From NCBI GenBank assembly GCA_046538155.1, contig JBKHJL010000013.1:1-23649 (forward strand): a stretch of 23,649 nt of DNA. The letters run 5' to 3'. Below, piece after piece: positions 14,505 to 23,648 of the stretch; the stretch's first letter is position 1; every line of letters starts with the position of its first letter. Position numbers and translations under genes: made by a program. The notes under the pieces were generated by a model, which had not been told where the DNA came from, did not search any database, and saw nothing but the letters and a program-made list of their open reading frames with translations. The DNA comes from Candidatus Micrarchaeia archaeon. Its GTDB lineage: Archaea; Micrarchaeota; Micrarchaeia; Anstonellales; Bilamarchaeaceae.

Positions 14505-15260
14505 CCGCAGGTGCTCACGGAAATAGTCAATAACATGCTCCTGGAACTGCCTGAAAGAATCATAGCCGAATTTGCTGTGCAGGCGCAGCATGAACGGGTG
14601 GGGAGAAAAATGGGGCACGGAAACAACATACCCTTCAAGGTCCGCGGAAGCAAAAAGGCTGCGCACATTGCCCCTCTTTCCATATACCTTCTTAACATAT
14701 GAAGACTGTATAGCCTGCTCCTTGGAAATGATTCTGCCTTCCATTCCCCTGTGGAAAAAATTAAAACGTATCCTTCTCTTTTCGGTTTTTCCGCTAACCA
14801 GGTTCCTGAATAATTTTTCAGTATCCACGGAAACCTTCAGGTCCTTTCCGTCATAGGCAACAGAATACTCATTTTTGGGGAAATGGGTAAAAAGAAAGCT
14901 TGAAAGAAAGGGCCTGCCCGCTTTCTGCCCCACTGTTTTTGAAAACACAACAAGAGTGCTTCCGGAAAAGAAAACAGAACGGGTTGCACCATGGGCAAAA
15001 TGGTTCCCCATCTTCTCCCCGTCCAAAAACAGGGGCTGGAAATAATTATGGGGAACGGCAAATGCGGCCCTTGCCTCAAAAAGCGGCTTGGAAAGTTTTG
15101 TGGGCCATTTAAGTGTGGTGTAAAGGTTGCGGGAAAGGGAGGGAAACTTCTCCAGAAATTCCTTTGTGGTTTCAAGGCGGTGAAAATCCTCCTCCTGCAT
15201 TTTCTCCAGAAGGAAAAGGTATTCCGAATCCGAAGAAGCGGCCTCGCAGATTTTGCACAT
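14481..15260 (-). CDS. Hypothetical protein (259 aa) with N-terminal CxxC
   Basis: Starts MCKIC, 1 bp after the slyD stop (probable operon). Its 3' end overlaps the agmatinase 3' end by 24 bp. Composition looks globular. Confidence 0.8.
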   Translation of the reverse strand: MCKICEAASSDSEYLFLLEKMQEEDFHRLETTKEFLEKFPSLSRNLYTTLKWPTKLSKPLFEARAAFAVPHNYFQPLFLDGEKMGNHFAHGATRSVFFSGSTLVVFSKTVGQKAGRPFLSSFLFTHFPKNEYSVAYDGKDLKVSVDTEKLFRNLVSGKTEKRRIRFNFFHRGMEGRIISKEQAIQSSYVKKVYGKRGNVRSLFASADLEGYVVSVPHFSPHPFMLRLHSKFGYDSFRQFQEHVIDYFREHLRLSEPSGE

Positions 15261-15261
15261 C

Positions 15262-15909
15262 CTACTCTTCCTTCAGGTCCACCTTCTTTATGCCGGGGAT
15301 TTTTGAACGGAGCGTCATCAGCAGCATCGCCTTATGCAGCTCGTATTCCTTGTCGTCTTTTTTCTTCAGGTTCACCGTGAGTTCCCCATCATCCTTAAGG
15401 CTAAAATCGCCTTCCAGGCCGAGATAATCAATCAGTACCCGGATTTTGTCTTCTTTTTCAGTATATATCTCGTTGAGTTTAAGGTGATAGTCCACTTCCT
15501 GGCCGGCTATAGGATGGTTAAAATCCACCATTACCCTTCCTGCATTCACGCTTTTCACAGTGCCGTATAGGCGGCCGGTGTCCGTATCCACGTGCACTAC
15601 CAACCCGGGCTCGGGATTGACGTCGTGCTTTTTGAACTCCGCGTTAGACATTATCTTGACCATTTCTTTTTTCCTGTGGCCAAATGCTTCCCCGGGAGAA
15701 AGATGAACATCCTTTTCTTCCCCTTTCTTCATGCCTTTCAGTGCATCATATATTCCGGTAATAAGCTTGTCCATCCCGAAAACAACCAGTAGGGGGCCTT
15801 CCTTGCCATGGAGCTTTTTCGCAACCTCCCCTGTTGTGGAATCAAATACATTGCCTTCCTGGTCCTTTCCCTCAAGCTCTATTAGAATGAAATCTCCTTT
15901 TTCTACCAT
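15262..15909 (-). CDS. slyD: FKBP-type peptidyl-prolyl cis-trans isomerase, SlyD-like long archaeal type (215 aa)
   Basis: MVEKGDFI..., GNVFDST, GEAFG, insert-in-flap region, VDFNHPIAG and a C-terminal extension. The real start is the ATG at 15909; the ORF-track start at 16101 lies inside the divergent gene. Confidence 0.9.
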   Translation of the reverse strand: MVEKGDFILIELEGKDQEGNVFDSTTGEVAKKLHGKEGPLLVVFGMDKLITGIYDALKGMKKGEEKDVHLSPGEAFGHRKKEMVKIMSNAEFKKHDVNPEPGLVVHVDTDTGRLYGTVKSVNAGRVMVDFNHPIAGQEVDYHLKLNEIYTEKEDKIRVLIDYLGLEGDFSLKDDGELTVNLKKKDDKEYELHKAMLLMTLRSKIPGIKKVDLKEE

Positions 15910-16009
15910 TCGTAACACCAAATAAAAGAATTGGATACTATTAGGGCTGTGCTCTTTAAAATTGTTTTCACACCAATCTATTCCGGTGCTTCTGATGGAT
16001 AAGGGCCTC

Positions 16010-17089
16010 ATGGTAAAAATATTAGTTGTATTTTTTGCACTGCTGTTCCTCCTCCAGCCATTTGCAATGAGCATACAGAACTGGAGCGGGGGAGCAAACA
16101 CTGAAAATTCTGAAGTTTACCAGGGAACTGCAAACATAAACGTAACCATATACTCGTATGGAGCGTTCCTTTATGCAGAAGGACTTACCCCTGAGCAGCA
16201 GGAGCAGGTTCTGGCCAACCCCGAAGTACTTGAAATAGAGAACATAGGGGAGGAGGGAGAAGAAGTGCTGAGGATAACCCTCAGGGACTCTTCCAAAACC
16301 AGGGAGGTGTATTCCGGGTTGAAAAACCTGGGAATAAGTACCCTCGCGGTTGCCCAGATAGGGCTCCCTGAAGAATATACCATTTCTCTGGAAAACGGCA
16401 CCGGGATGGAAATACACGGGGGCTACACCCAGATGCTTATGGAGCCCATGATGAAAACAGGCAGGCAGATAAGCTATGTGCTTGTTGTACATACAGATGG
16501 CTCAAACACCCATGGGGTTGTTGATGCCCGCAGCTATTCCTCTGAAGTTGAGCTGGAGGGAGAAGTGGAAATAATTGGGGCCGATGCAAGCGCATATTTA
16601 TTTACAATACCCTGGGAAAACAGGACACTGGACACTTCAGCGCTCAAAAGCACTTACGGGGAAGAAAACATCACTTACAACAAAAAAGACTACATAACAT
16701 TTGACCCGCCCCTCTCCGCCGGGGAAACAGTAATGTACAAAACCAGTTATGTTACCTATATATCTGAAGAAAGCGCAAGCATCCTTGCAAACTTCACGAA
16801 CAAGAGCAGGGCTGAAGCGGATTTTGATGGGAAAGCGGTTTTCCCGGACTCTGTGCTCCAGGTGAATGCAGGTGCAACCCCAAACCTCAGCTTTGAGCAT
16901 GAGCAGGTAAAAACCTACAGCGTCAGCTTCCCTGAAAAAATCGGGGGATACATGCTTGAGACAGAAAAGCTGGATATCCCTTCAGAGCTTGAGCTCAGCG
17001 AAGGGGAGAATGCAACCGTGGTTTTCAATGCAACTGTCACAGGAAACATGATTCTGGGAATACGGGAGATACACCTTGTAAAAAATTAG
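16010..17089 (+). CDS. Hypothetical membrane-anchored/exported protein (~359 aa)
   Basis: N-terminal hydrophobic helix MVKILVVFFALLFLLQPFA followed by an acidic, beta-rich region with several NxS/T sequons. Alternative ATG at 15995. The stop overlaps the smc stop by 4 bp. Confidence 0.8.
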   Translation: MVKILVVFFALLFLLQPFAMSIQNWSGGANTENSEVYQGTANINVTIYSYGAFLYAEGLTPEQQEQVLANPEVLEIENIGEEGEEVLRITLRDSSKTREVYSGLKNLGISTLAVAQIGLPEEYTISLENGTGMEIHGGYTQMLMEPMMKTGRQISYVLVVHTDGSNTHGVVDARSYSSEVELEGEVEIIGADASAYLFTIPWENRTLDTSALKSTYGEENITYNKKDYITFDPPLSAGETVMYKTSYVTYISEESASILANFTNKSRAEADFDGKAVFPDSVLQVNAGATPNLSFEHEQVKTYSVSFPEKIGGYMLETEKLDIPSELELSEGENATVVFNATVTGNMILGIREIHLVKN

Positions 17090-20000
17090 ATGGATTTGCC
17101 CGGCTCCGGGGCAGAAGCCTTCTCTCCTTCCTTTTCAAGTTTTACCCCGACTATTTTTGAAATGCCTTCAACCCTGCTCACCCCAAGAACCGCGCTTGCC
17201 ATACTCATCATAACATCATTGTGGCTGACCACCAGAAACTGTGATTGGGGAGCAAGCTCCTTGAGGAGTTTTGCGAAGTTCTTCGTGTTTACCTTGTCCA
17301 GGGGTGCATCCACTTCATCCAGTACATAGAAGGGGGAGGGCTTGTAGAACTGGAGTGCAAAAACAAACATGAGGGCAACCAGACTTTTCTCACCCCCTGA
17401 AAGCGATTCAAGCGAATGCTCCCGGTCATTCCGCTTTACTTTTATGTGGAGCCCGGACTCAAAAGGAGTGGATGGCTTGTCCAGATAGAGGTGGCCTTCC
17501 CCGATATTAATGAGCGTAAAAAGCCGGCGGAACTCCTTGTCCACCCCATGGAAGGTTTCAAAAAATGCCTGCTTTTTCCTCTCCTCTATTCCTGAAATCA
17601 TGTCTATTACTGCATCCTTCTCTATACGGAGTTTCTCTATTTTTTCTTCCATCTCCTGAATTTCCTTTCGTTTTTCCTCATACATCTCCGGGGCAGCAAG
17701 GTTCACCTGGCCCAGCTGGGAAAGTGCTGCCTCTGCTGCCCGCATCTTCCTGCGGAGCTCCTCCCTGCTGCCCTCAATCGGCTCTGTTTCCCTGTAATCC
17801 TCAAATTCCACAGAAAGGTCTGAAAACCTGGTTTCAATGTTCCGCAGTTCAACTTCGGAAACAGTAATAGTTTTTTCATGAGAAACGAGCTTTGACTGGA
17901 GCTCCCCCCTCCTTCCGCCCAGTTCCTGGAGCTTCTCCTCAAACTCCCGCATTTTTCCCATGAGTTGTTTTATTGCGCGGTCAGAGGCGCCGAGCTTCCC
18001 GCTTACCTTCTCCAGGTCATCCTCCCTTCGGGAAATCTGCGAATCCAGCTGTTTTGCCCTGAACTTAAGCTGTTCCTTCTCTTCCCCAAGCCTCCTGAGC
18101 CGTGCATTCTTATCTTTCAGGCCTTCCCTGCGCACCTCCGCTTCCCTGCGCTTTGAGTCTGCCTGTGCCCTTAGAGAAGAATACATTTTTACCTTATCTT
18201 CCCTCTCCTTTTCCAGGGACTGTCTCTGGCTTGCTTCTGCCTCTATTGCCTCCTGGAGCCTCACATCAGCCTCCCTTATCTCCGCCTCAAGGGAAGAAAC
18301 CCGTTTTTCATAAGATACAAGCTTTTCCCTGGAAAGTGAAGTTGCATTCTCCAGGTCAGCAATCTCTTTCTTTATTGAACTGATGCGCCGGGCCTTTTTT
18401 TCAGATTCGCTTATCTTTTCTTTCAGAGAATCCAGCTCAACCTCTTTTTTCCTGAGGGAAACCTCAACATCAGATTTTTCCCGCCTGAGGGAGCCCATCT
18501 CCTCCCTTATCTCAGTAAGGTCGCCCATGATTCCGGATTTTCTCTGCTTTGCAGATTCCAGCTCCCCCTCCAGTTTTGAGAGCTGGGCTGCGGAGGCTGC
18601 GCCCCCTCTTGCTTTCCCCCCTGTTATTATGCCGGATTTCTCAAAAAGGTCACCATCCAGGGTAACCATCCTCTCCTTTGTTATCCCTATTTTTTTTGCC
18701 TCTTTTGAATCTTTCAGCAGGAGGGTGCCCCCAAAAACAAAATCAACTGCTTTTTTGTGTTCAGGCCGGAAACTGATGAAATCTGAAATCCTCCCCATTC
18801 CCCCTTTTGAGCCGGGCGGCTGCGGAGAAACTTCCCTGAGCGGGAGAAAAGTCGCCCTTCCCCTGCCCGCGCGCTTTAGCCTTGATATTGCTTTGGTTGC
18901 AATGTCCGCGGAATCCACCACAACATAAAGCAGCCTGCCCCCACCTGCTGCATCAACCGCCTTTGAATATTCGGAAGAGAATTCTATAAGCTCAGCAACA
19001 GTTCCGTGAATGCCCTCTACCTCCCCGCTTTTCCTGAGCTCATTTATGTACTGCAGCGCAGGGTTGCGTATGGAAGCTGAAACCTGGGCGCGGAGGGTTG
19101 CGCATTTTTCCCTTAAAAGAAGCAGGTTGCGGTCCAGGGAAGCATTCTCTGCATTTAGCTCTTTCTCTTTTGAAAACAACCTGTCCTGGGCGTCCACTAT
19201 CTCCTTCAGGCTCTTCCTGAGCTTCTCCTTTTCTGATTTCAGTTCCTCAAGGCCCAGGATTTCCGTGTTTCCGCTTTCCTCCAGAATGCTTTGTTTCTCC
19301 TTTATTATGGACTCTGTTTTCTCTATCTCTCCCTTAAGCACCAGGAGCTGCTCACGGACCTTTGTGTGCTCGTCTTCCAGCTCTTCCAGGGACTTCCTGA
19401 GCCCGGAAACCCGGGCGCTCTCGCTTGTTTCAAGCTTAAGGTTTTCCAGAGGGGCCATCTTCTTCCTTATCTCCTTTTCCTGGCCTGAAAGCTCATTAAG
19501 GACCTTTTTCTCATGCTCTATATCACTTTCCAGAGAGGAAACAGATTCCTCCAGTTCCCTCGCCTTTTCCCTTGAATCAGAGAGGAGTTCCTTTTTGGAA
19601 GCGATTTCTGCCTTTGCCTTTTCCATCTCCCTAAGCAGCCTCTCCCTCTCCTCCTTTGCCCCTATCTCTGCGCTTACCTTTGCCTTCTTTTCCTCCTCTT
19701 TTTTCAGCTCCTGGTCCAGGCCCTTCATTTGTGAAGAAATTTGCGCAGATGCTTCCCTGGCTTTTTCAAGCTCCTTCTCAAGATGTACCTTTCTCTTTTC
19801 TGCAGCATCAAGTTCCAGGCGTAGCAGTGATGCCTTTGCCCGCTTAACGGTTTCAGAAGCAGACGAATATTGCATGGCCTTCTCCTTCTCGGATTCCAGC
19901 TCCTTCAGGAAAGAGTTGCGCTCCCCGAGCACCAGGTTCGCATCCCTCATCCTGCCCTCTACAATCTCCAGCTCCCGCAGTGCCTCTTTCTTCTTTGCCT

Positions 20001-20466
20001 CAAAATCCGCAATCCCAGCAACCGAATCCACTATTGTACGGCGCTCCTTTCCGCTTATTTCAACTACCTTCTGGACTTCTCCCTGGGCAATGATGTTCCT
20101 TCCGCTCTTGTCAAGATTGTATTTTTTGAGAAGCTCCAGTATTGCGCTGCGGGTAACCCTCTTCCCGTTCATGATGTAAGCTGCCTTGCCCTCCTCGTTT
20201 ATGGCCCTCTTGAGCTCATATTTCTTGTCATCCTGGAAACAAAGGGCAACCTCCGCATACTTTGAATTGTGGCATATCAGGTCTTTTGCCCTCCTGGCAC
20301 GCAGGGATTTCAGGGAGATTTCGCCAAGTGCAAAGCGCACCGCATCCAGTACATTGGTCTTTCCGCTTCCGTTTGGGCCTGCAAGGCAGATGAAATCTGG
20401 CGGAAGCTCAATTTCTGCTTTTTTGAATGACTTAAAACCTTTGAGCTTTATGCTGGAGATATGCAT
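17086..20466 (-). CDS. smc: Chromosome segregation protein SMC
   Basis: Walker A GPNGSGKTN, Q-loop IAQG, hinge motifs GRATFLPL and GDLFEKSGIITGG, signature LSGGE, Walker B YVLDEVD, switch VSHN, and two long coiled coils; 1126 aa. Confidence 0.97.
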   Translation of the reverse strand: MHISSIKLKGFKSFKKAEIELPPDFICLAGPNGSGKTNVLDAVRFALGEISLKSLRARRAKDLICHNSKYAEVALCFQDDKKYELKRAINEEGKAAYIMNGKRVTRSAILELLKKYNLDKSGRNIIAQGEVQKVVEISGKERRTIVDSVAGIADFEAKKKEALRELEIVEGRMRDANLVLGERNSFLKELESEKEKAMQYSSASETVKRAKASLLRLELDAAEKRKVHLEKELEKAREASAQISSQMKGLDQELKKEEEKKAKVSAEIGAKEERERLLREMEKAKAEIASKKELLSDSREKARELEESVSSLESDIEHEKKVLNELSGQEKEIRKKMAPLENLKLETSESARVSGLRKSLEELEDEHTKVREQLLVLKGEIEKTESIIKEKQSILEESGNTEILGLEELKSEKEKLRKSLKEIVDAQDRLFSKEKELNAENASLDRNLLLLREKCATLRAQVSASIRNPALQYINELRKSGEVEGIHGTVAELIEFSSEYSKAVDAAGGGRLLYVVVDSADIATKAISRLKRAGRGRATFLPLREVSPQPPGSKGGMGRISDFISFRPEHKKAVDFVFGGTLLLKDSKEAKKIGITKERMVTLDGDLFEKSGIITGGKARGGAASAAQLSKLEGELESAKQRKSGIMGDLTEIREEMGSLRREKSDVEVSLRKKEVELDSLKEKISESEKKARRISSIKKEIADLENATSLSREKLVSYEKRVSSLEAEIREADVRLQEAIEAEASQRQSLEKEREDKVKMYSSLRAQADSKRREAEVRREGLKDKNARLRRLGEEKEQLKFRAKQLDSQISRREDDLEKVSGKLGASDRAIKQLMGKMREFEEKLQELGGRRGELQSKLVSHEKTITVSEVELRNIETRFSDLSVEFEDYRETEPIEGSREELRRKMRAAEAALSQLGQVNLAAPEMYEEKRKEIQEMEEKIEKLRIEKDAVIDMISGIEERKKQAFFETFHGVDKEFRRLFTLINIGEGHLYLDKPSTPFESGLHIKVKRNDREHSLESLSGGEKSLVALMFVFALQFYKPSPFYVLDEVDAPLDKVNTKNFAKLLKELAPQSQFLVVSHNDVMMSMASAVLGVSRVEGISKIVGVKLEKEGEKASAPEPGKSI

Positions 20467-20574
20467 GGCGCCTTACCCTTATACGTCAGTATATTCTGCA
20501 TTTTAGTTTAAAAAGCCTTCGGAGGAATCCCTGGAAACATGGTGTGGGTGGGGGATTAATGTGGAAAATTTGGT

Positions 20575-20591
20575 ACTACAATATTTGTAGT
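20575..20591. promoter_or_regulatory. Perfect 7-3-7 inverted repeat ACTACAA-TAT-TTGTAGT, candidate transcription-factor operator
   Basis: Located in the smc/pfkB-like divergent intergenic region, 5 nt upstream of a TTAAAAA TATA-like box (20597-20603). Confidence 0.45.
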
Positions 20592-20696
20592 TAAGGTTAA
20601 AAACCCAAATAATGAAATATTCATGTTTGGTGCTGTTCAGTCTGGGTCAGGTAAAATATGCCGGTTCCTGTTGCAGGGGCCGGAAAAGGTGATCAG

Positions 20697-21407
20697 ATGA
20701 AAAAATTCTATGTTGCCGGATGCTTTGCTGACAGCATAATTGTTGACCGGGACCAGGACAGGATAGAAAAGAGGGAAGGGGGGCCTGCATATTTCATAAA
20801 AAATGTGCTTGAGGACCTGGGCGAGGGCTACTCGCTTGCAAAAGCGAAAAAAGGAATAATTGAGGTGCACATACAGGGAGGAAAAGAAGTTGGGAGGTTC
20901 CCCCGGACTTCTTCCATAAGCACCTCCACCCCCATAACCTCGCCCATAGTTCTTGCATACTCAATTTCAGGAGAAATATGCCTGGACAGGATGAAGGGAA
21001 ATTTTGAGGAGATATATGCAGACAGCCGGGGATTTGTGAGGGACCCGGAAAACTTCGGGAAGAAAAAGGAATGGAAACTGAATAGTTTTGAAAAGATAAA
21101 GGTACTGAAAACAACCCCTGCTGAAATGGAATACCTTCCCGGCCCGCTGCTTTCCCACATCCGCAGAAACGGAGTTCTTGTGGTGATGAAGGACGAGGGG
21201 AAGGTGGAGATTGTAGAAAGGGGCGAATCAAAGGAATATTCGCTCGGGGATTTCCCTGCATCTGAATCATTTGGGATGAGGGAGGTCTTTTTTGCTGCAT
21301 TCTCCTCAGAATATTCGCGGTCGCGGAATGCAGGGAAGGCTGCTGAATTTGCAATTGAGTATTCCCTGAAATACTTGTCAGGTAAGGATAAAAATGAAGA
21401 TGGGTAG
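20697..21407 (+). CDS. PfkB/ribokinase-fold protein with degenerate catalytic motif
   Basis: N-terminal GGPAYF, YADSRGFVR, LKTTPAE (NxxE-equivalent) and C-terminal ESFGMREVFFAAF in place of DTxGAGDxFxxxF. AGGTGAT Shine-Dalgarno before the ATG at 20697. Confidence 0.75.
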   Translation: MKKFYVAGCFADSIIVDRDQDRIEKREGGPAYFIKNVLEDLGEGYSLAKAKKGIIEVHIQGGKEVGRFPRTSSISTSTPITSPIVLAYSISGEICLDRMKGNFEEIYADSRGFVRDPENFGKKKEWKLNSFEKIKVLKTTPAEMEYLPGPLLSHIRRNGVLVVMKDEGKVEIVERGESKEYSLGDFPASESFGMREVFFAAFSSEYSRSRNAGKAAEFAIEYSLKYLSGKDKNEDG

Positions 21408-21873
21408 CCTTTTTCTTGTTCTTATTGTTTCCCTGGGTTTTGCCCAGGGATTCTTTATTTCATCTGATGGAAGCTATGAAGTTCAGAAGGCAGTCTACAA
21501 CTCCCGCATCTCTGAAGTTCCTTCTGCCCTGAGGTTCCTTTTCAGCGGGGAAAAAGCAAACGTTGTGGTTTCCGGAATTGGGGAGTTCAGAGTTCTTTTT
21601 GGGGACAGGGGCGAAGTGCTGGAAATACTCCCGGGTTCCTGGGAGCACCCCTCGCTTGATATTGAGCTTGGAAAGAGCACCCTTGTTGCGCTCAACTCCG
21701 GGCAGCTGGGGCTGGAAGATGCAGTGGAAAAAGGAATGGTGCAGCTTACTGACCGCAACATAATTGTGCTGGTTAAGCTTCAGATTGCCCGGGGATTCAT
21801 AAGCATTGGTGCCACCTGGGAATCGTTTTTTTGGCCCGGGCTGGGCAGGCTGTTTTCCTCCCTTCCTTTCTAA
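21394..21873 (+). CDS. Exported protein with SCP2 (sterol carrier protein 2)-like domain
   Basis: Signal-peptide-like N-terminus (MKMGSLFLVLIVSLGFAQG). The segment PSLDIELGKSTLVALNSGQLGLEDAVEKGMVQL matches the SCP2 C-terminal pattern. Overlaps the end of the pfkB-like gene. Confidence 0.6.
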   Translation: MKMGSLFLVLIVSLGFAQGFFISSDGSYEVQKAVYNSRISEVPSALRFLFSGEKANVVVSGIGEFRVLFGDRGEVLEILPGSWEHPSLDIELGKSTLVALNSGQLGLEDAVEKGMVQLTDRNIIVLVKLQIARGFISIGATWESFFWPGLGRLFSSLPF

Positions 21874-21876
21874 GGA

Positions 21877-22821
21877 TTAGTAGGGTTTCCTGGTCCTTGC
21901 GGCATCCCATACCCTTGCACTGGTCCTGCTGGAGATAGTAATGTCCTTTGCCTTTTGAATTTTATCCAGGATTTTCTCATAAACCGGGTTTACGTGCCTT
22001 CTCCTGTGCTTTGAATCAACTATGAACCTGAGCCGGAGCTCAACCCAGTCATCTGTAGGAATTACATAAACAGCTGGTTTTACATCCCTCGGCTCAAAAA
22101 GATACTTGTAGGTCATCTTATTCAGCTGCTTTTCACTGTCTTCTATGAACTTTTCAGTTGCCTCTTCTGCAGCATTCTCCATTATCCTTTTTGCCTTTTT
22201 CAGGTTGCTGTTGTAGGTTATTGGAATGGCCATCTCTTCCCAGATAAAACCAAAATCTCCGGAATAATTGCTTATCGTTTTCTCCATCACGAATGCATTG
22301 GGAATCTCCTTTATCTTTCCGGTGAACTGGTCATAGTTGCTCTCGCCACCTACCTCCATTATCTTTGTGTACATGAGTTCAACATCTATTACGTCGCCTT
22401 TCTCCCCCCCGATTTCAATGCGGTGGCCCATCTCGTACGGCCTTAGTGTAATCAACACCAGGAAGCCCACAAGATTCATCAGGGGCCTTTGGAGCGCGAT
22501 TGCAATCCCTGCCCCTATGAAACCCATTGCAACCACCAGGCTCTGAGTCTGCTCTATCCAGATGCCTATCCCGACTGCAAGGGCAAATATGTATATCAGA
22601 TAGCTGGAAATTTTTGAAAGGAAATACCTCAGCTTGTAGAGCTTTATTCTGGAAACTACACCTCCGACCAGGGAATCCAGGAACAGGGCAAAGAAAAGTA
22701 CTCCAAGCGTCTGTGCTGCCTTGAGCATCAGCGGCTGGTCGGGATAATAACTTGAAATGTATTGTGAAGAAACCAGAAAAGCAACGAACAGCAGGGCAAG
22801 CACTATCTGCTTAAGCATCAT
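21877..22821 (-). CDS. mscS: Small-conductance mechanosensitive channel (MscS family)
   Basis: N-terminal TM helices, pore helix GFIGAGIAIALQRPLMNLVG, RPYEMGHRIEIGGEKGDVIDV, IPNA...ISNYS and a cytoplasmic cage domain. Confidence 0.92.
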   Translation of the reverse strand: MMLKQIVLALLFVAFLVSSQYISSYYPDQPLMLKAAQTLGVLFFALFLDSLVGGVVSRIKLYKLRYFLSKISSYLIYIFALAVGIGIWIEQTQSLVVAMGFIGAGIAIALQRPLMNLVGFLVLITLRPYEMGHRIEIGGEKGDVIDVELMYTKIMEVGGESNYDQFTGKIKEIPNAFVMEKTISNYSGDFGFIWEEMAIPITYNSNLKKAKRIMENAAEEATEKFIEDSEKQLNKMTYKYLFEPRDVKPAVYVIPTDDWVELRLRFIVDSKHRRRHVNPVYEKILDKIQKAKDITISSRTSARVWDAARTRKPY

Positions 22822-22850
22822 AATGAGAAAGAAGGGAAAAAATAAAAGGG

Positions 22851-23648
22851 TTATGTGCTTCTCTCCAGCCTTATCTCATTGGCTGTCCTTGCAAGGGCCT
22901 CAAAATATGCTGCGCGCAGCCTCCTGTTGCCCGGAGCCTTGAGGACTTCAAACGCTGCTTTTTTCTTTTCCTCGTTTTCAGGGTTCTCCAGGTAGGCTGC
23001 CACCACTGATTCAGGAGTCTGGGCTTCCCCCTCTCCAGGAGGCGAGAATGTTACTTCGCCCCTTGTTGCTTCTGCCGCAGTGTCAATAAAATTTGCTGAC
23101 ACCCTTGCCTTCATAATCTCAGGGGTTATCCTGGCCCCTTCTGCCCCATTGTCCCTTATCACTCCCATAGGGTCTGAAAAAAACGGACCTACCCAGTTTC
23201 CTGCCCCCGGAGGAACTTCCAGCGGAGCGGTTTTAAGCATTGCAACATACACCTCAGGGTCCTGCTGCAGCCTGTCCTTCACATCATTTATGGGTGTTCC
23301 TGCGCTAAGCTCCTCCCCGAGCTCATTCTCTATCTCTTCCTTAATGTTCTTGGGAAGGTCAGCCGCAAAAAGATTATCTCCTGAAGTTTCCTTTGCATCC
23401 TCCTCCCATTCCTTAAGCTCATCAAGCATCTTTTCAATATCCTCTTCCTGCTGCTGCTCATCAAGCCAGAGGTCAAGTATGTCCCTTTCCCAGAGTAATG
23501 ACTCAGGGGAAACTTCTACAGCATCTCCTTCTTCCAGCATATCCAGCGTGATGGATTGTTCTTTTATATGGAAACCAAGGTTCGCGTTATCCAGTATCGT
23601 TGTATATTCTGAATATGTTTCCGCATTGCTTGCCTCAATATACGCGCC
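22851..23648 (-). CDS. 3' end of an acidic hypothetical protein (partial, >=265 aa)
   Basis: The frame stays open past the ATG at 23540 to the window edge (GAYIEASNAETYSEY...), so the gene starts outside the window. E/D-rich. Confidence 0.75.
   Translation of the reverse strand, partial: GAYIEASNAETYSEYTTILDNANLGFHIKEQSITLDMLEEGDAVEVSPESLLWERDILDLWLDEQQQEEDIEKMLDELKEWEEDAKETSGDNLFAADLPKNIKEEIENELGEELSAGTPINDVKDRLQQDPEVYVAMLKTAPLEVPPGAGNWVGPFFSDPMGVIRDNGAEGARITPEIMKARVSANFIDTAAEATRGEVTFSPPGEGEAQTPESVVAAYLENPENEEKKKAAFEVLKAPGNRRLRAAYFEALARTANEIRLERST

Noticed and set aside
15910..16101. N-terminal extension of SlyD and head-to-head overlap with the ORF starting at 15962
   Set aside because: FKBP homology starts at MVEKGD (15909) and the divergent gene most plausibly starts at 15995 or 16010, so the overlap is an ORF-calling artefact.
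17086..20466. SMC as part of a Wadjet/MksBEF-type defence system
   Set aside because: It is a canonical hinge-containing SMC among housekeeping genes, with no jetABD-like neighbours. The absence of adjacent scpA/scpB is common.
20575..20591. Palindrome as an NrdR box
   Set aside because: The core is one base shorter than the NrdR consensus and no ribonucleotide reductase gene is adjacent.
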